DNA of 43,716 nt, taken from contig JAWQFM010000030.1 of assembly GCA_033442325.1 (NCBI GenBank), positions 508,361 to 552,076 of the forward strand. Reading direction: 5' to 3'. The notes under the pieces were generated by a model. It made no database searches. It worked only from the letters and a program-made list of their open reading frames with translations, and was not told where the DNA came from. Shown piece by piece: positions 1-38,724 of this stretch. This DNA is from Salpingoeca rosetta. Its lineage: Eukaryota > Protista > Choanoflagellata. How positions within the stretch are numbered: position 1 is the stretch's first letter; each line of letters opens with the position of its first letter. Made by a program: the position numbers and the translations under genes.

Positions 1-99
<99 letters not shown>

Positions 100-201
100 G
101 TGGTGTTGAGAGGTGTCCGGCAAGGCCGTGCGTGAAGCTGTGCTGTTCACACGCAAACACGCAAACACGCATGCTCTCCGTCCGTCCGTCCTTCTCCTGA
201 C

Positions 202-6534
<6,333 letters not shown>

Positions 6535-6876
6535 GGTGTGTGCCTCGTGTGCTCAAGGTCACCATGAGCTGCGCCTGCTGGTGGAGTGAGGGGACGATGG
6601 GGGACACAGCGTGGAAGGAAGGCAACGTGTTGTTTGTTTGCTCCTCTCGCCGTTGCTGTTTGTTGTTCGTCGTCGTTGTTGGTATTGTTTGGCTGGGTTG
6701 TTTCTGCTGATGCATCTAAATGCACAAAATGCTCCATTTGAGATCAAAATAATGCATTTTGTGCTGTCCGAACAGGTCCAGCGAGGACAACAGCGCGACA
6801 AACACCACCACACCCTGCTCCAACTCCAATTGACAGCAGCAGCGAGGCAACAACCCCTTCAGCCCCAGTGGACGAG
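6535..6876. promoter_or_regulatory. Putative bidirectional promoter, RhoGAP / FERM gene
   Basis: ~340 bp between divergent ATGs. The AT-richer core has an inverted repeat, GCACAAAATGC (6722-6732) / GCATTTTGTGC (6754-6764). Confidence 0.5.
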
Positions 6877-7077
6877 ATGCCGAAGCGCCAGCGGAATGCA
6901 GAGTACAAGGTCGTCCTGGAGACGGGCGACGTCCACATTGTCACAAAAGAAGTGACGACGGGGCTGGTACGTGTTGCTGTTGTTGTTTGTTGTGTGTGTG
7001 TGCGTGTGTGTGTTGTTCGTGTCTACTTTGTGGTGTTGCTCATCGAAACAAGCAATTGACAAGGCCTGCTGCTCAAT

Positions 7078-7133
<56 letters not shown>

Positions 7134-7930
7134 TGTGCACTGCTGTGGGACAACAGGACCTTGTGAAAGAAGTGACACACTCCATGGGCATCACTGCACA
7201 CTTTGCCAGGTGTGTGCATGTGTGTGTGCATGTGGGATGAGAAGCGCAAGCCAGTGAGTGCACTGCTTCATTTCAGCACAGTATGCATAACCCGAGCTTC
7301 CTTGTGTCTGCCATTTCTTGTCACTCACCGTCGTACCATTGCCGCCCCCCCCCCTCCTGCACTCGTCACTTGTCTACCGCACCTGTCCTGCGCCTGTCGC
7401 TTGCTCCCCCCCCCCCTCTGCCCTGCCTGCACCCGTCCTTTCCTTGCCATCAATCGCCTCCAGCTTGTTTGGCCTGTTTCGAAAGATGTCCGTGGACACG
7501 CCAAACGAGTGGGTGTACCTCAACCGCCCGCTCTCCCCCTGCACCGTCCACGCCGCCCAGACGCTGCGCCTCTTCCTCAGGGTGTGGATGTGCGATTGCC
7601 TGTGTATGCTTGTGTGTGCTTGTGTATGCTTGTGTATGCTTGTGTGTGTGTGTGTGTCTGTGTGTTGTTTGTTGTGTACGTGTGTGTGTGTTGTTTGTTG
7701 TGTACGTGTGTGTGTGTGTTTGTGTGTCTGTCTGTCTGTATGTGTGCGTCCGTGCGTGGATGTTGTCGTCCCTGCGTGCGCGTGTCTGTGTGTATGTGCG
7801 CGGTGCCTCTACGTCCACTGATACATCACATCACACCACCCTCTGCGTCGCCACATGCAACAGATGCGGTGCAAACCAGACGACGTGCGGCAGCTGTGCG
7901 AGCGCGACCCAACAGCCGCCATCTACTTGC

Positions 7931-7980
<50 letters not shown>

Positions 7981-8066
7981 GTGTGTGGTGTAAGGTGTCG
8001 TTCATCGTGTTATGTATCCACAAACGTTTCCAATCCACATTTACGCTCACATGTACACATTCACAC

Positions 8067-8119
<53 letters not shown>

Positions 8120-8297
8120 AAACGCACACGCTTGCATCTACATGTACACACGCCATGTCCAGAACCAAATTGCACGCCAGATCTCGACGGGCGGTGTCCC
8201 CGTCAACGACGTGCAGCTCGGAGCCAACATCTGCGCACTGCAGGTGATGATGGCAACGGCACTGGTGATAGTGATGATGATGATGATGATGATGACG

Positions 8298-8330
<33 letters not shown>

Positions 8331-8331
8331 C

Positions 8332-8362
<31 letters not shown>

Positions 8363-8613
8363 TGTTCTTGTGGAACAAGTGTTGACACTGGGTGGTGCTG
8401 ACAAACGCACGCGCACACGTGTACACGACACACACTCACGTACACGCACACTTTCATATGCAAACACACACTCGCACACATCCACGCGCTCACGGTCACC
8501 TTCCAATGCCATGGTGCCGATGTGCAGATTGTGCTGCATCTGATTGAGGACTACCACCGCCGTCACGTGCGCTGCTCATCCGTTCGCGCAGCAGACATGC
8601 TCTCATACTTCAA
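6877..8613 (+). CDS. N-terminal FERM domain exons (F1 lobe and part of F2), FAK/JAK-type; no natural stop; probably the 5' part of the kinase gene at 17000-25530
   Basis: GT-AG exons 6877-6966, 7157-7209, 7464-7581, 7864-7932, 8163-8243, 8528-8613 join in frame: MPKRQRNAEYKVVLETGDVHIVTKEVTTGLDLVKEVTHSMGITAHFASLFGLFRKMSVDTPNEWVYLNRPLSP..TLRLFLRMRCKPDDVRQLCERDPTAAIYLQNQIARQISTGGVPVNDVQLGANICALQIVLHLIE.. The LFGL / W...N / LR.R..P / D.....YL..Q / ALQ pattern is typical of FERM F1-F2. Confidence 0.75.
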
Positions 8614-8796
8614 GTGCGATGACATGTTTGTGGTGCTACTGCCGGTGATGGTGGCCGTGATGGTGGTGATGATGATGATGGTGGTTGTGGTGGTGGTGAT
8701 GGTGATGATAGTGATGATGCTGCTTGGGGGGGGGGGACTTTTGGCTGGAATCACGTCGACCTGCCTATCTCACTGCACATGCACACATGCACACAC

Positions 8797-8864
<68 letters not shown>

Positions 8865-8869
8865 CGCAT

Positions 8870-9154
8870 CACGCCACATCGGCATTGAACGCCACATCCT
8901 CGCTCTCTGGCCAATCAGGTGATCGTGCTGCTGCTGCTGGTGGTGGTGTGTCTTCACACCGTGGCTCAACGTCTTCTCCAGCAGCAGCAGCAGCTGGCGT
9001 TGTACAGTGGTGATGTATGCAATGGTGGCGGTGGTTGTGGTGGTATGGAGTGATGGTAGGGTGAAGCGTGTAAGGACGAAGAGATACAGAAGACCGTCGT
9101 AAACACACACACACACACGCGCACACACACACACACACACGCACACACACACAC

Positions 9155-9198
<44 letters not shown>

Positions 9199-10112
9199 GG
9201 TGCAAGGGTCTGTGCGTCTCTGTGAGGGTGCCGGCCAGCCCGACACTCGACTCAATCAACGTCTTCACCGCAATCTTGCTCATGTTCAGCTGCAGGCATG
9301 ATGCAATCATGTGGAAGCGGAGACGTGTGTGAGTGTGCGAGTGAGTGAGTGAGTGAGTGTGCGAGTGAGTGAGGGTGCGAGTGAGTGAGTGTGCGAGTGA
9401 GTGAGTGAGTGACTGAGTGACTGACTGAGTGAGAGAGTGAGTGTGAATGTGGGTATGTGTGCAGATGTGTGAACACGAGCGACCCTCACGCCACCCCGCT
9501 CAACACAACAAAGTACAACAACAACAACCACGACGCCCACATACCACCACCACCACCACCTTCAGCACTTCAGCCTTCATCTATATCATCACGATCAGGA
9601 ATGTCGACTGACGAGGTTGGCGCGCTGTCGCCTATGTGTCTCCATCTCGGCCTCATGCAAGAGCTGTGCACGCCGCTGAGCAGCCGCCCGCTGTTGCTGT
9701 TGTCGCAACGCGCACACGCAATCACACACGCATTCACGATACATAGCAAGGACGGCGTAAGTGCTCGCGTGTATGCACACACACACGCACACGCACATAC
9801 ACACACACACATGCACACACACGCACGCACGTCATCAGCAACACAACAGCCACTCACACACATGCACAACCACGAACAGACGCATACGCATACACAAATC
9901 ACACCACATCACCGTCAGCGTCACACCTGCAGTGCCGCCTGTTTCTGTGGATCTGTTGTTCCGCTCAACCATTTCATAAACCCGCGCGGGCCTTTGTCTA
10001 TGCGGTGGTGGTAATGGTGGTGGTGGTGGTGGTGGTGGTGGTGGAGTAAGCAGACGGAGTGAAACTGCGTTCGATCGAAGAACGGCGCGCAGCTTCCACT
10101 TATGCAGAAACA

Positions 10113-10197
<85 letters not shown>

Positions 10198-11313
10198 GCA
10201 GCACAAGCACACGTGCAGACAAGCACATGTCCTCACTCTGCACGACGACGATGGACGGGCTACCGCTACCGCTGGCCGTGCTCGCCGTCCGACTGCGGTT
10301 TGTTCCGCTTGATGAACTCAGCACGCTCCCCGTACGGCTGCCTCGGCCCTCCTGTTGTTGCTGGTTGGAGTGCTGCTGCCTTGCGCCGTCTGCGTGGCCG
10401 GTGCTGTCTGCGCCGTGACCATTGGCGACGAATACGCTCGAGTCATCCGTGTCGCCCCTATTGTTGCTGCCACTGCCGGTTTCGTGACCATCCGCCTCGT
10501 TGCCGCCAGCCATGCCATCACCGCCCTCAGATGCGCGCTTCTTTCGTAGCTGCAGACGTTCCAGCGCCTGCGCTCGCCGCGCCTCTGCCTGACCGACCTG
10601 CCAGACAAAGTGAGAGGAGGTGGGGAGGAAGAGCGTGTGGAAGGGTGCAATTGCGCAGTTGGCTGTGAGTGAAAACAGCATGGTATCGGTCGCCCACGCA
10701 TGCTGCAGTAGCTATATCCCACATGTTGCGCATGCTGTAGTAGCTATATCCCACATGTTGCGCGCACACACACACATACACACACATACACACACACGTA
10801 CACACACACACGTGCACACACACACACACACACAAGTACGCGCACACATACACGCATACGTACAATGGAGGAGGACGACTGTTGGGACTGCGCATTGGTG
10901 TCCTCTGCGTCATCTGTGGCAACTGCTTCTGCACTAGCTGAAGCAACAGCGCTCGCCTCATCCTGCTGCTGGGACCCATTATCCGCACCGCCACCGCTGC
11001 CACCACCACTGTTGGCATCATCACCATCATCATCGTCATGATCATCGTCATGATCATCGACGTGGCCAGCAGCAGTGGAATCATCGGGCTGCGTTGGCAC
11101 GGCCTGTTCCTCCATGTCAGCGGTGTTGCCCTGTTGTTCATCTTCAACATTGACATTGTCAACACCAGCGTCGTTCCCTTGTTGCGCCGCACTATCGCCA
11201 CTCCCGTTGTCGCCAGTGTCAGGTGCCCCCTGCACCTCTTCACTGTCCACCGTCACAGCAGCGTCCGTGGTAACCGTGCCCTCCTCAGCCGCCTTCACTT
11301 CTTGTTCGTCCAT
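8870..11313 (-). CDS. RUFY-like RUN-domain protein with an acidic N-terminal extension, 5' part only
   Basis: Exons 11313-10864 (MDEQEVK.., D/E-rich), 10597-10237, 9997-9927, 9696-9613, 9289-9197, 8993-(8960 or ~8870). Spliced RQRANLLNMSKIAVKTLIESSVGLAGTLTETHRPLHQLLLLLEKTLSHGVK matches the RUFY1-3 segment ER.NL.NMAKLSIKGLIESAL.LGRTLDSD..PLQQFFVVMEHCLKHGLK. The rest of RUN, the coiled coil and FYVE are not found; the gene stops at the (CA)n at ~8790-8862. Confidence 0.8.
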
Positions 11314-11445
11314 CTCTGCTGGCTGTTGTGCTGTTGTTGTGCTGTCTTAGCTAGAAGTCTCTCTTGTTTGGGTTCATATGGGACTACAGTTTATGCTGTC
11401 GCGATCAAAAAACGAATCTGCTGCTGTTGGTGGCGGCGGAGCAAG
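11314..11445. promoter_or_regulatory. Putative bidirectional promoter, RUFY-like / SUN-like
   Basis: Only 132 bp between divergent ATGs, free of dinucleotide microsatellite. Confidence 0.5.
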
Positions 11446-16584
<5,139 letters not shown>

Positions 16585-16626
16585 GTAGGACTGGCGCTAT
16601 GTAGATGTGTGTGTCGCTGTGTAGAC

Positions 16627-16657
<31 letters not shown>

Positions 16658-16670
16658 TGTGTGTGTGTGT

Positions 16671-16704
<34 letters not shown>

Positions 16705-16804
16705 NNNNNNNNNNNNNNNNNNNNNNNNNNNNNNNNNNNNNNNNNNNNNNNNNNNNNNNNNNNNNNNNNNNNNNNNNNNNNNNNNNNNNNNNNNNNNNNN
16801 NNNN
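16705..16804. other. Assembly gap (exactly 100 N, often a placeholder for unknown size)
   Basis: N run between (GT)n and (CCT)n; separates the truncated SUN-like gene from the FERM-F3/SH2/kinase exons. Confidence 0.99.
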
Positions 16805-16999
16805 CCTCCTCCTCCTCCTCCTACCTCCTCCTCCTCCTCCTCCTCCTCCTCCTCCTCCTCCTCCTCCTCCTCCTCCTCCTCCTCCTCCTCCTCCTCCTCC
16901 TCCTCCTCCTCCTCCTCCTCCTCCTCCTCCTCCTCCTCCTCCTCCTCCTCACCACCACCACCATGATCATGTCCGCTGCAGCCCATTGCGTTTGATCAG

Positions 17000-25530
<8,531 letters not shown>

Positions 25531-25674
25531 CACAACGACCGCGGTCGTGGCCTGCCTGGCTGGTCGTTGTGGATTGTGTGCTGTAGATTGTGTGTGTGTG
25601 TGTCAATGTGTGTGCGTGTGCGTGTGCGTGTGTGTGTGTATGTGTGTGTGTGTATGTGTCTGTGTCTGTGTGCG

Positions 25675-25713
<39 letters not shown>

Positions 25714-26359
25714 TTGTGTCTGTGTGCTGTGGGGCGAGAGAAAGGACGCCATGCAATGCCGTCTGTCGGTGGTCTCTTGTTGCAACTCTTTGACCTATGT
25801 TTGGGGCGAGCCACTTTCTGGTCGTGTTACTTGACTTGTTTTGTTTTCGTTGCCGTTGCCCTGTGTGCGAAACACAAGACTGGCACAACGTGGTTGGCTG
25901 TTGTTTCATTGCGCCTCTCTCCCGATTCCGTCCCACGTTACGCGCTTGCCATACACGATAACAGCCCTGCCCATGGTTACAGCTGTCAAGACAAACACAT
26001 GAAACAAGGAACACGCATGCGCTTGCGTGACGACACAGTTCGCCCACATTCAGCTTCACCCCCAACGGTGGCAGTGACACACACGTTCGCGCACGCCCTC
26101 GCACCACGTCTGGCTGCTGCACAACGTTCGTTAAGTTCTGGTTTATGTCACATCACATCAAAAAACTTCGAAACGCCATTCATGCAACACCGTGACCCCA
26201 CACGCCCCGTCGAACATACACGCACACGCACACGCACACACAAGCATCTGCATAAAGAGAGGGAGGTATAATGTGTCGCTTGTGTTGCATGTGTGCACGT
26301 GTGTTTGCACACGGGTGTATGTGTTGCACATGTGCACGGGTGTATGTGATGCGTGCATG

Positions 26360-32821
<6,462 letters not shown>

Positions 32822-32828
32822 CGCCGGT

Positions 32829-33238
<410 letters not shown>

Positions 33239-33435
33239 ATGGCAGAGAATACAGCAGCGAGCAACGGCCGTGAGGTCAAGGTTGTGATTGGCAATCAGGC
33301 CGCCTTTGATGAGAAGGTCGCCAAGCTCAAGAAGGACGGCGCCAAGAATCTGCAGGTGTGGTTGTGTGTGTGTGCGTTGTGCGTTGTGTGTGTGTGCGTT
33401 GTGTGTGTGTGCGTTGTGCGTTGTGTGTGTGTGCG

Positions 33436-33481
<46 letters not shown>

Positions 33482-34736
33482 TTGTGTGTGCGCGATGGTG
33501 GGGTTGATGTGTGGTGGTCCTTCATATGCGTCTGTTGACAACCATGCACTCATATGCGTCTGTTGACAACCAAGCATACATGGACTGCTGTTCTTCGCTC
33601 ACACATGCACACACACACACATATGCACACACATATGCACACACATGCAAACGCACACGTACTCACGCCCACCCACACAACAATGAATTATAGGTGATTG
33701 CGGACTTTGATTACACGCTGACGCGGTTCCGCCTGGACGATGGGAAGCGCAGCGCAAGTACGCACGCAGCAATCGAGATGTCAAAGCTGATGAGCGAGCA
33801 GTTTGCCACGGAGACGCGCGCCAACTTTGAACACTACTACCCCATTGAGGTGTCGGACATTCCTCACGAGGACAAGGAAAAGGCCATGATCGAATGGTGG
33901 ACCAAGGTGTGTCGTGCGTGGTGCAGGCGTGGGTGTTTGTGCATGTGCGTCAATGTTCATGAATGAACGCACGCAGGTGCTGCAGGAACCCATCTGCTCT
34001 TGTTTATTGTTGTTGCTTTAGTTCAACGTGAGGTTGCTTTAGTTCAACGTGAGGTTGCTTTAGTTCAACGTGAGCCAAACCACTCACTCACTCCCACTCA
34101 CTCCCACACACACACACGCACACACACACACGCACTCATACACACACGCACATACACACACGCACACACACGCACATCCCACGTGCCTTCACGTAGAGCC
34201 ACGAGCTGATGATCAAGCACGACCTGCGGCGCGAGTACCTCGAGGACATGGCGGGCAGCGACCGGCTGGTGCTGCGCGACGGCGTGAAGGAGTTTCTGCA
34301 GTCTCTCAAGGACAAGGGCGTCCCCATCCACATCTTCTCCGCGGGGCTGTACGACATCATCCACGTGTACCTGCGGCTGCACGGCTTGGAGGGCATGGCG
34401 CACGTGGTGTCCAACATGATGACGTTTGATGACGAAGGAAAGCTCACCGGCTTCAAGGGCGAGCTCATCCACACCCTCAACAAGAACAGCAAGGCCCTGC
34501 GTGACTCGCCAGAGTGGCAGCAGGTGCAGGAGCGCACCAACGTGCTGCTGCTTGGCGACAACGCCGGCGACATTGGCATGGCCAAGGGGCTTGACCGCCA
34601 CACCGTGCTCAGCGTTGGCTTCCTCAACGACCGCGAGGAGCGGCTCGAGCTGTACAAGCAGCGGTATGACGTGGTGCTGCTTGGCGATGGCGACATGACG
34701 TACGTCCGCAACCTCCTCGCCGACATTGTTGGCTGA
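33239..34736 (+). CDS. NT5C3: Cytosolic pyrimidine 5'-nucleotidase 3 (UMPH-1, HAD superfamily)
   Basis: Exons 33239-33355, 33694-33906, 34197-34736. LQVIADFDYTLTRF (HAD motif I), HYYPIE, MIEWWTKSH, IFSAGL, VVSNMMTFD..G.L.GFKGELIHTLNKN, RTNVLLLGD..GDIGMA, VGFLND, YDVVL.GD. Confidence 0.95.
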
Positions 34737-35546
34737 TGTGGGCGAGGGTGAGGGAGAGGGAGGGAGGGAGAGGGGGGTGTGTGTGTGTGTGCGTGTGTGT
34801 CTGGTTGTGTGCGTGTGATCGCTTTTATGCGTTCGCCCACGTGCGTGTGATCCCGTTCATGTGTTCACGCACGTGTGTACTTGAAACGCGCTGCCAACAA
34901 CGTCCGCATGTTGAGAGTCCAGGCTCGTGATAAATACAACCAAGCCAGTGTTGGCAGTGTTTCTTTTGTGTGTTCGGTTTGGTGCAGACTACACGCGATA
35001 ATAACAGACCCAATGGTTGGGGGTGAGACATGTAACGAAGCACAACAGCGGCATGTGAGATGTAACAAGTTATGCGTGTGCGTGTGCGTGAACAATGTGA
35101 CAACATACTGGTCGTGGTGTGCGTGCGTATCACACAAAACGTGCGCGCGAGAGAGACAGAGAAAGACAGACAGAGAGACAGAGAGAGAGAGAGAGACAGC
35201 GAGAGACAGAGAGAGAGAGAACACCCGCACAGAGCACGCAACACAATGTGCAACAACAACGACAGTGGATGTGTAGATAACGGCGTCGTAACCGTAACTG
35301 ACGCAGACAAAATGACGATTGAATATGCCCGGCAAAGCATGTTGAAGCAAAGAAGCAACAAAGCAAAGCGCGGCAACAGCGCAAGAGGTGACAACAGCTT
35401 GAAGCAAGGGGCGACGCTTGAAAAAAAAAAAACCGTGGAGACAAGGCTACAAGGAGAACATGTAAGAACAACGCCATGCGAGGAGAGTGGACCTTCGTAT
35501 CAACCCCGCAAGCGCTTGCCCTCTTGCCAGGCTTCTTTGTAAAAGG

Positions 35547-35600
<54 letters not shown>

Positions 35601-35629
35601 GCACGCACACACGCACGCACACACGCATC

Positions 35630-37595
35630 CTAGCACTCTTCAGGGCAGTTGATGAGGGACAAGCCGGAGTGAGTATCCACACACGTGGCATTCACGTTCT
35701 TGCAGTCCACGTGAGTCAACGCGCGGGTGAAGAAGAGGTCAATCTTTCCACCCACATGCGTCATGTTGCCAAAATCAATGCTGGTGAGCATATCGTTAGC
35801 AGAGATGATAATGTCTCCATCCACGCTGGTGATGTGGCCAAAGTCGACGGTTGTGAGGATGTCATTGCTGTAGAGCTTAATGTCCCCGCCCACGCGCGTC
35901 ACGTTGCCAAAGTCAATGCTGGGCAGAGCGGCGTTGTCGATAAGTTTGAGGTCTCCATCTACGCTGAGAGCACCGCGAAAGGCCACATTGGTCAGGGCGA
36001 CGTTGTAGGACAGGCTGATGTCTGTCCTCACACGCATGAAACTGCCAAAGTCAATCGTGGTGAGGGCATCGTTGTTGTGGAGGTAGATGTGTTTCCTCAC
36101 GTCTCTGAGCCCGCCAAAGTCAATCGTGGTGAGCGCGTTGTTGTGGCCAAAGAAGACGTATTCGGCCACATTGGAGAGACTGTCAAAGTTGGCGGTGGTG
36201 AGGTTGTCGTTACCGAGGATGGAGACATATTCCCCCACGCTTGTGAGACTGCCAAGGTCAATGCTTGTGAGCGCGTCGTTGTGTTCAAGCCGGACGCAGC
36301 CTCCCACGTGCGTGATGGCTGGAAAGCTGATACTTGGGAGGGCAGCGTTGAACCGAAACATCAAATCCTCGCCAACGCTGGCAAGACGGCCAAAGTTGGC
36401 GTTTGTCAGCGCATCGTTGCCGACGAAGTCGATGCCGCCGTCAAAGCTGGCGGCAAGTCTGGCAAAGTTGACGCTTGTGAGCGCTCGGCAGGAGGAAAAG
36501 CGTATGTACCCGCCCAAGCTGGTGATGTTGTCGACGACAACCTGGGTGAGACTGGAGCTTTGGTAGAATCTGATGTCTGCACCGACGCCGACCATGCGAC
36601 CAAAGTCAACGCTGGTCAGGGCCGGGTTGTCTTCGAAGTGCACGTATCCATCCACGCTTACAATGCGATCAAAGTCAACGCTGGTCAGGGCGACATTGTC
36701 TTGAAGACGCACGTCGCCACGCACGTGCTTGATGCTGACAAAGTCAACACACGTCACCTGCCTGCTGGAATAATCCAAGGCGGAAATCTCCCCATGGGTG
36801 CCGTAGAAGTGTTTGCAGCGGTCCATCGACAAGACGACGGGCACAGCAACGCACACCGCGGCAACCACAGCAATCAAGACGGCCAGGAGGGCTTTGGCCT
36901 TCCAGCTCGTCCAGCTCGTCCAGCTCGTCCAGCTCGTCCAGCTCCAAGCATGCTTTACTGCAATGTCGGCCAAGTTGTCGTCGTCAGAATCATCCTCGAC
37001 CAGGTGCTTGCCGGCAATGACAATGGGCTTGACGAGGCGGCTGCTGTCGCTGATGGCACGTGCTCCGCGGTTCTTGTCTGCATGTACGTCGGCGGAGGCT
37101 GAACCGAGTTGCTCGTACCACAAGGCATTGGCGCCACGGCCAGTGGCGTTGTGCTCATAGCCCAGCAAAGGAAAGCTGGCGCTCACCCTTGCGTCGGTTT
37201 CAGATGCAGCAAACGAAGGGTTTTGTAGGTCCGTGACCGACTCGGGCACTGGCCCTGGCTGGTGTGTGGCCCGTGAGGCGACGACGGTGATGGGCTGCCA
37301 GTACGGACGTGGTGCCGCAGCGTGTGCGCCACTCTGCTGCCCCACATCGTGTTCGGTCGAGACCCATACTGCCTGCTGCAACGATGAACAACGATGAACA
37401 ACGCAGCATTCGCGCCAAAGGCATAGCCCGTTGCACACATGTGACCGCAATTGTGTTTACAAGCAGCACATGACACGAGCGAAATATCCATAGGGAACAC
37501 GCATGACGTGTGAGATGATGCGCAATTCAATTGGAAATCCTCCAAAAGGCACGCACTAAGAGGCATGAAAGCCACATGCACACAATTAAACAAAT

Positions 37596-37648
<53 letters not shown>

Positions 37649-38170
37649 ACAAACACAAACAGACAAACACAAACAAATAACAAACACACAAACAACCGCA
37701 CACACCTGAAGCTTCGCCAGGATTTGGTCCACCATGTCTGCGGGCACTGGCATGGCTGGCGTGTCTCCGCGCTCAGGCACCCAGCGATATTGCGCTGCGC
37801 CGCTGGTGGTCAGATAGAACTGTGCCTCGGGCTCAGCAAAGTCACCGTCGCACATGCGCACGAGGAAGAACGGCTTGTGTTGGTTGACGACGTACTTGAG
37901 GATGCGGTTCGTGTTGAACGTGCTATTGGTTTGCTGTCCGTAGGTGCGTGTGCCCAGCAGCACAGCCAGCTTGCATGTGTGCAAAGCTCTGATCGAAGCC
38001 GCGGCAGCGTTGTCATCCGGCACGCTCTCGCACAAAAACACGCGGAGGCCATGCGCCCTGAGTGCGTCCGCCAGGCCTCGACCGGCATGCCCTGCCTCCG
38101 CAATGCGCAGGGAGATGAAGATGTCATAGCCCTCGAAGCTGCTCATGCTCTTGCTGGCGTGGTGTGCCAT
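35630..38170 (-). CDS. TIR domain - transmembrane helix - ~15 x 23-aa LRR / receptor-L-like repeats (type II membrane protein)
   Basis: Exon 1 38170 (or 38146)-37706: YDIFISLR..AGRGLADALRAHGLRVFLC..IRALHTCKLAVLLGTRTYG..KPFFLVRM (TIR_2-like). Phase-0 GT-AG intron. Exon 2 37375-35630: linker, KAK, ALLAVLIAVVAAVCVAVPVVLSM (TM), then repeats of consensus [DY]-[IV]-x-[LF]-x-x-N-x-A-L-T-[ST]-[IV]-D-F-G-x-[LI]-x-x-V-G-G and a Cys-containing C-terminal cap. Confidence 0.8.
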
Positions 38171-38537
38171 CGTCTCATCCAAGAGCAGGCTCACGTACGT
38201 CGTGGAGGTGTGCTCGCTGTGCTGGGTGTGTGTTCAGCCAGGCAAGAAGGCAACTCCTGCCAGCAGCAAAATGGCGAGTGATTTGAGAAGTGCCACGGAT
38301 GAATCAAAATGCTTGCAAGCAGGCAAAGGCAACTTTCCTCTTTGCCACACAAGTCAATTTTGCCTTTCGCGTGTTTCCTGACCAAAACAACGAACGAGAG
38401 CGAGTGGAGTTGTTGCCAAGCACAACAAGAAGGAACACAGCATCGACGCCAACCAAGCTGCACCAGCAGTCCTCATCGTTCCTGCCTCTGTGTGTGTATG
38501 TGTGTGACAAGCTACCTGACCACGGTGACAACAAAGA
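38171..38537. promoter_or_regulatory. Putative bidirectional promoter, TIR receptor / STPG1-like
   Basis: Divergent starts. AAGTCAATTTTGCCTTT at 38351-38367 and X-box-like GTTGCCAAGCACAAC at 38412-38426. Confidence 0.5.
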
Positions 38538-38676
38538 ATGATGCACCAACAGCAGATGGGATCGACGCGATCCATTCGCGCCTCTCGCACGTCCTCCGCG
38601 CGACCGCCGCCAACCCTGCTCGTGGTGCGTGTGTGTGTGTGTGTGTGTGAATGCTCTGTGTGTGTGTGTGTGAATG

Positions 38677-38724
<48 letters not shown>

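Noticed and set aside
25531-26359. 234-aa ORF and unique sequence between the kinase and ESF1 stops
   Set aside because: Convergent 3' UTR / intergenic region with no recognisable protein or RNA motif.
34010-34074. 21-bp x3 repeat GTTGCTTTAGTTCAACGTGAG, and similar short duplications at ~10700-10762, ~33520-33572 and ~38745-38810
   Set aside because: Local slippage duplications inside introns with no evidence of function.
35669-37102. 477-aa + strand repeat ORF (AKVNAG..)
   Set aside because: Antisense shadow of the - strand repeat exon, which has the TM helix, LRR-like consensus and splice link to the TIR exon.
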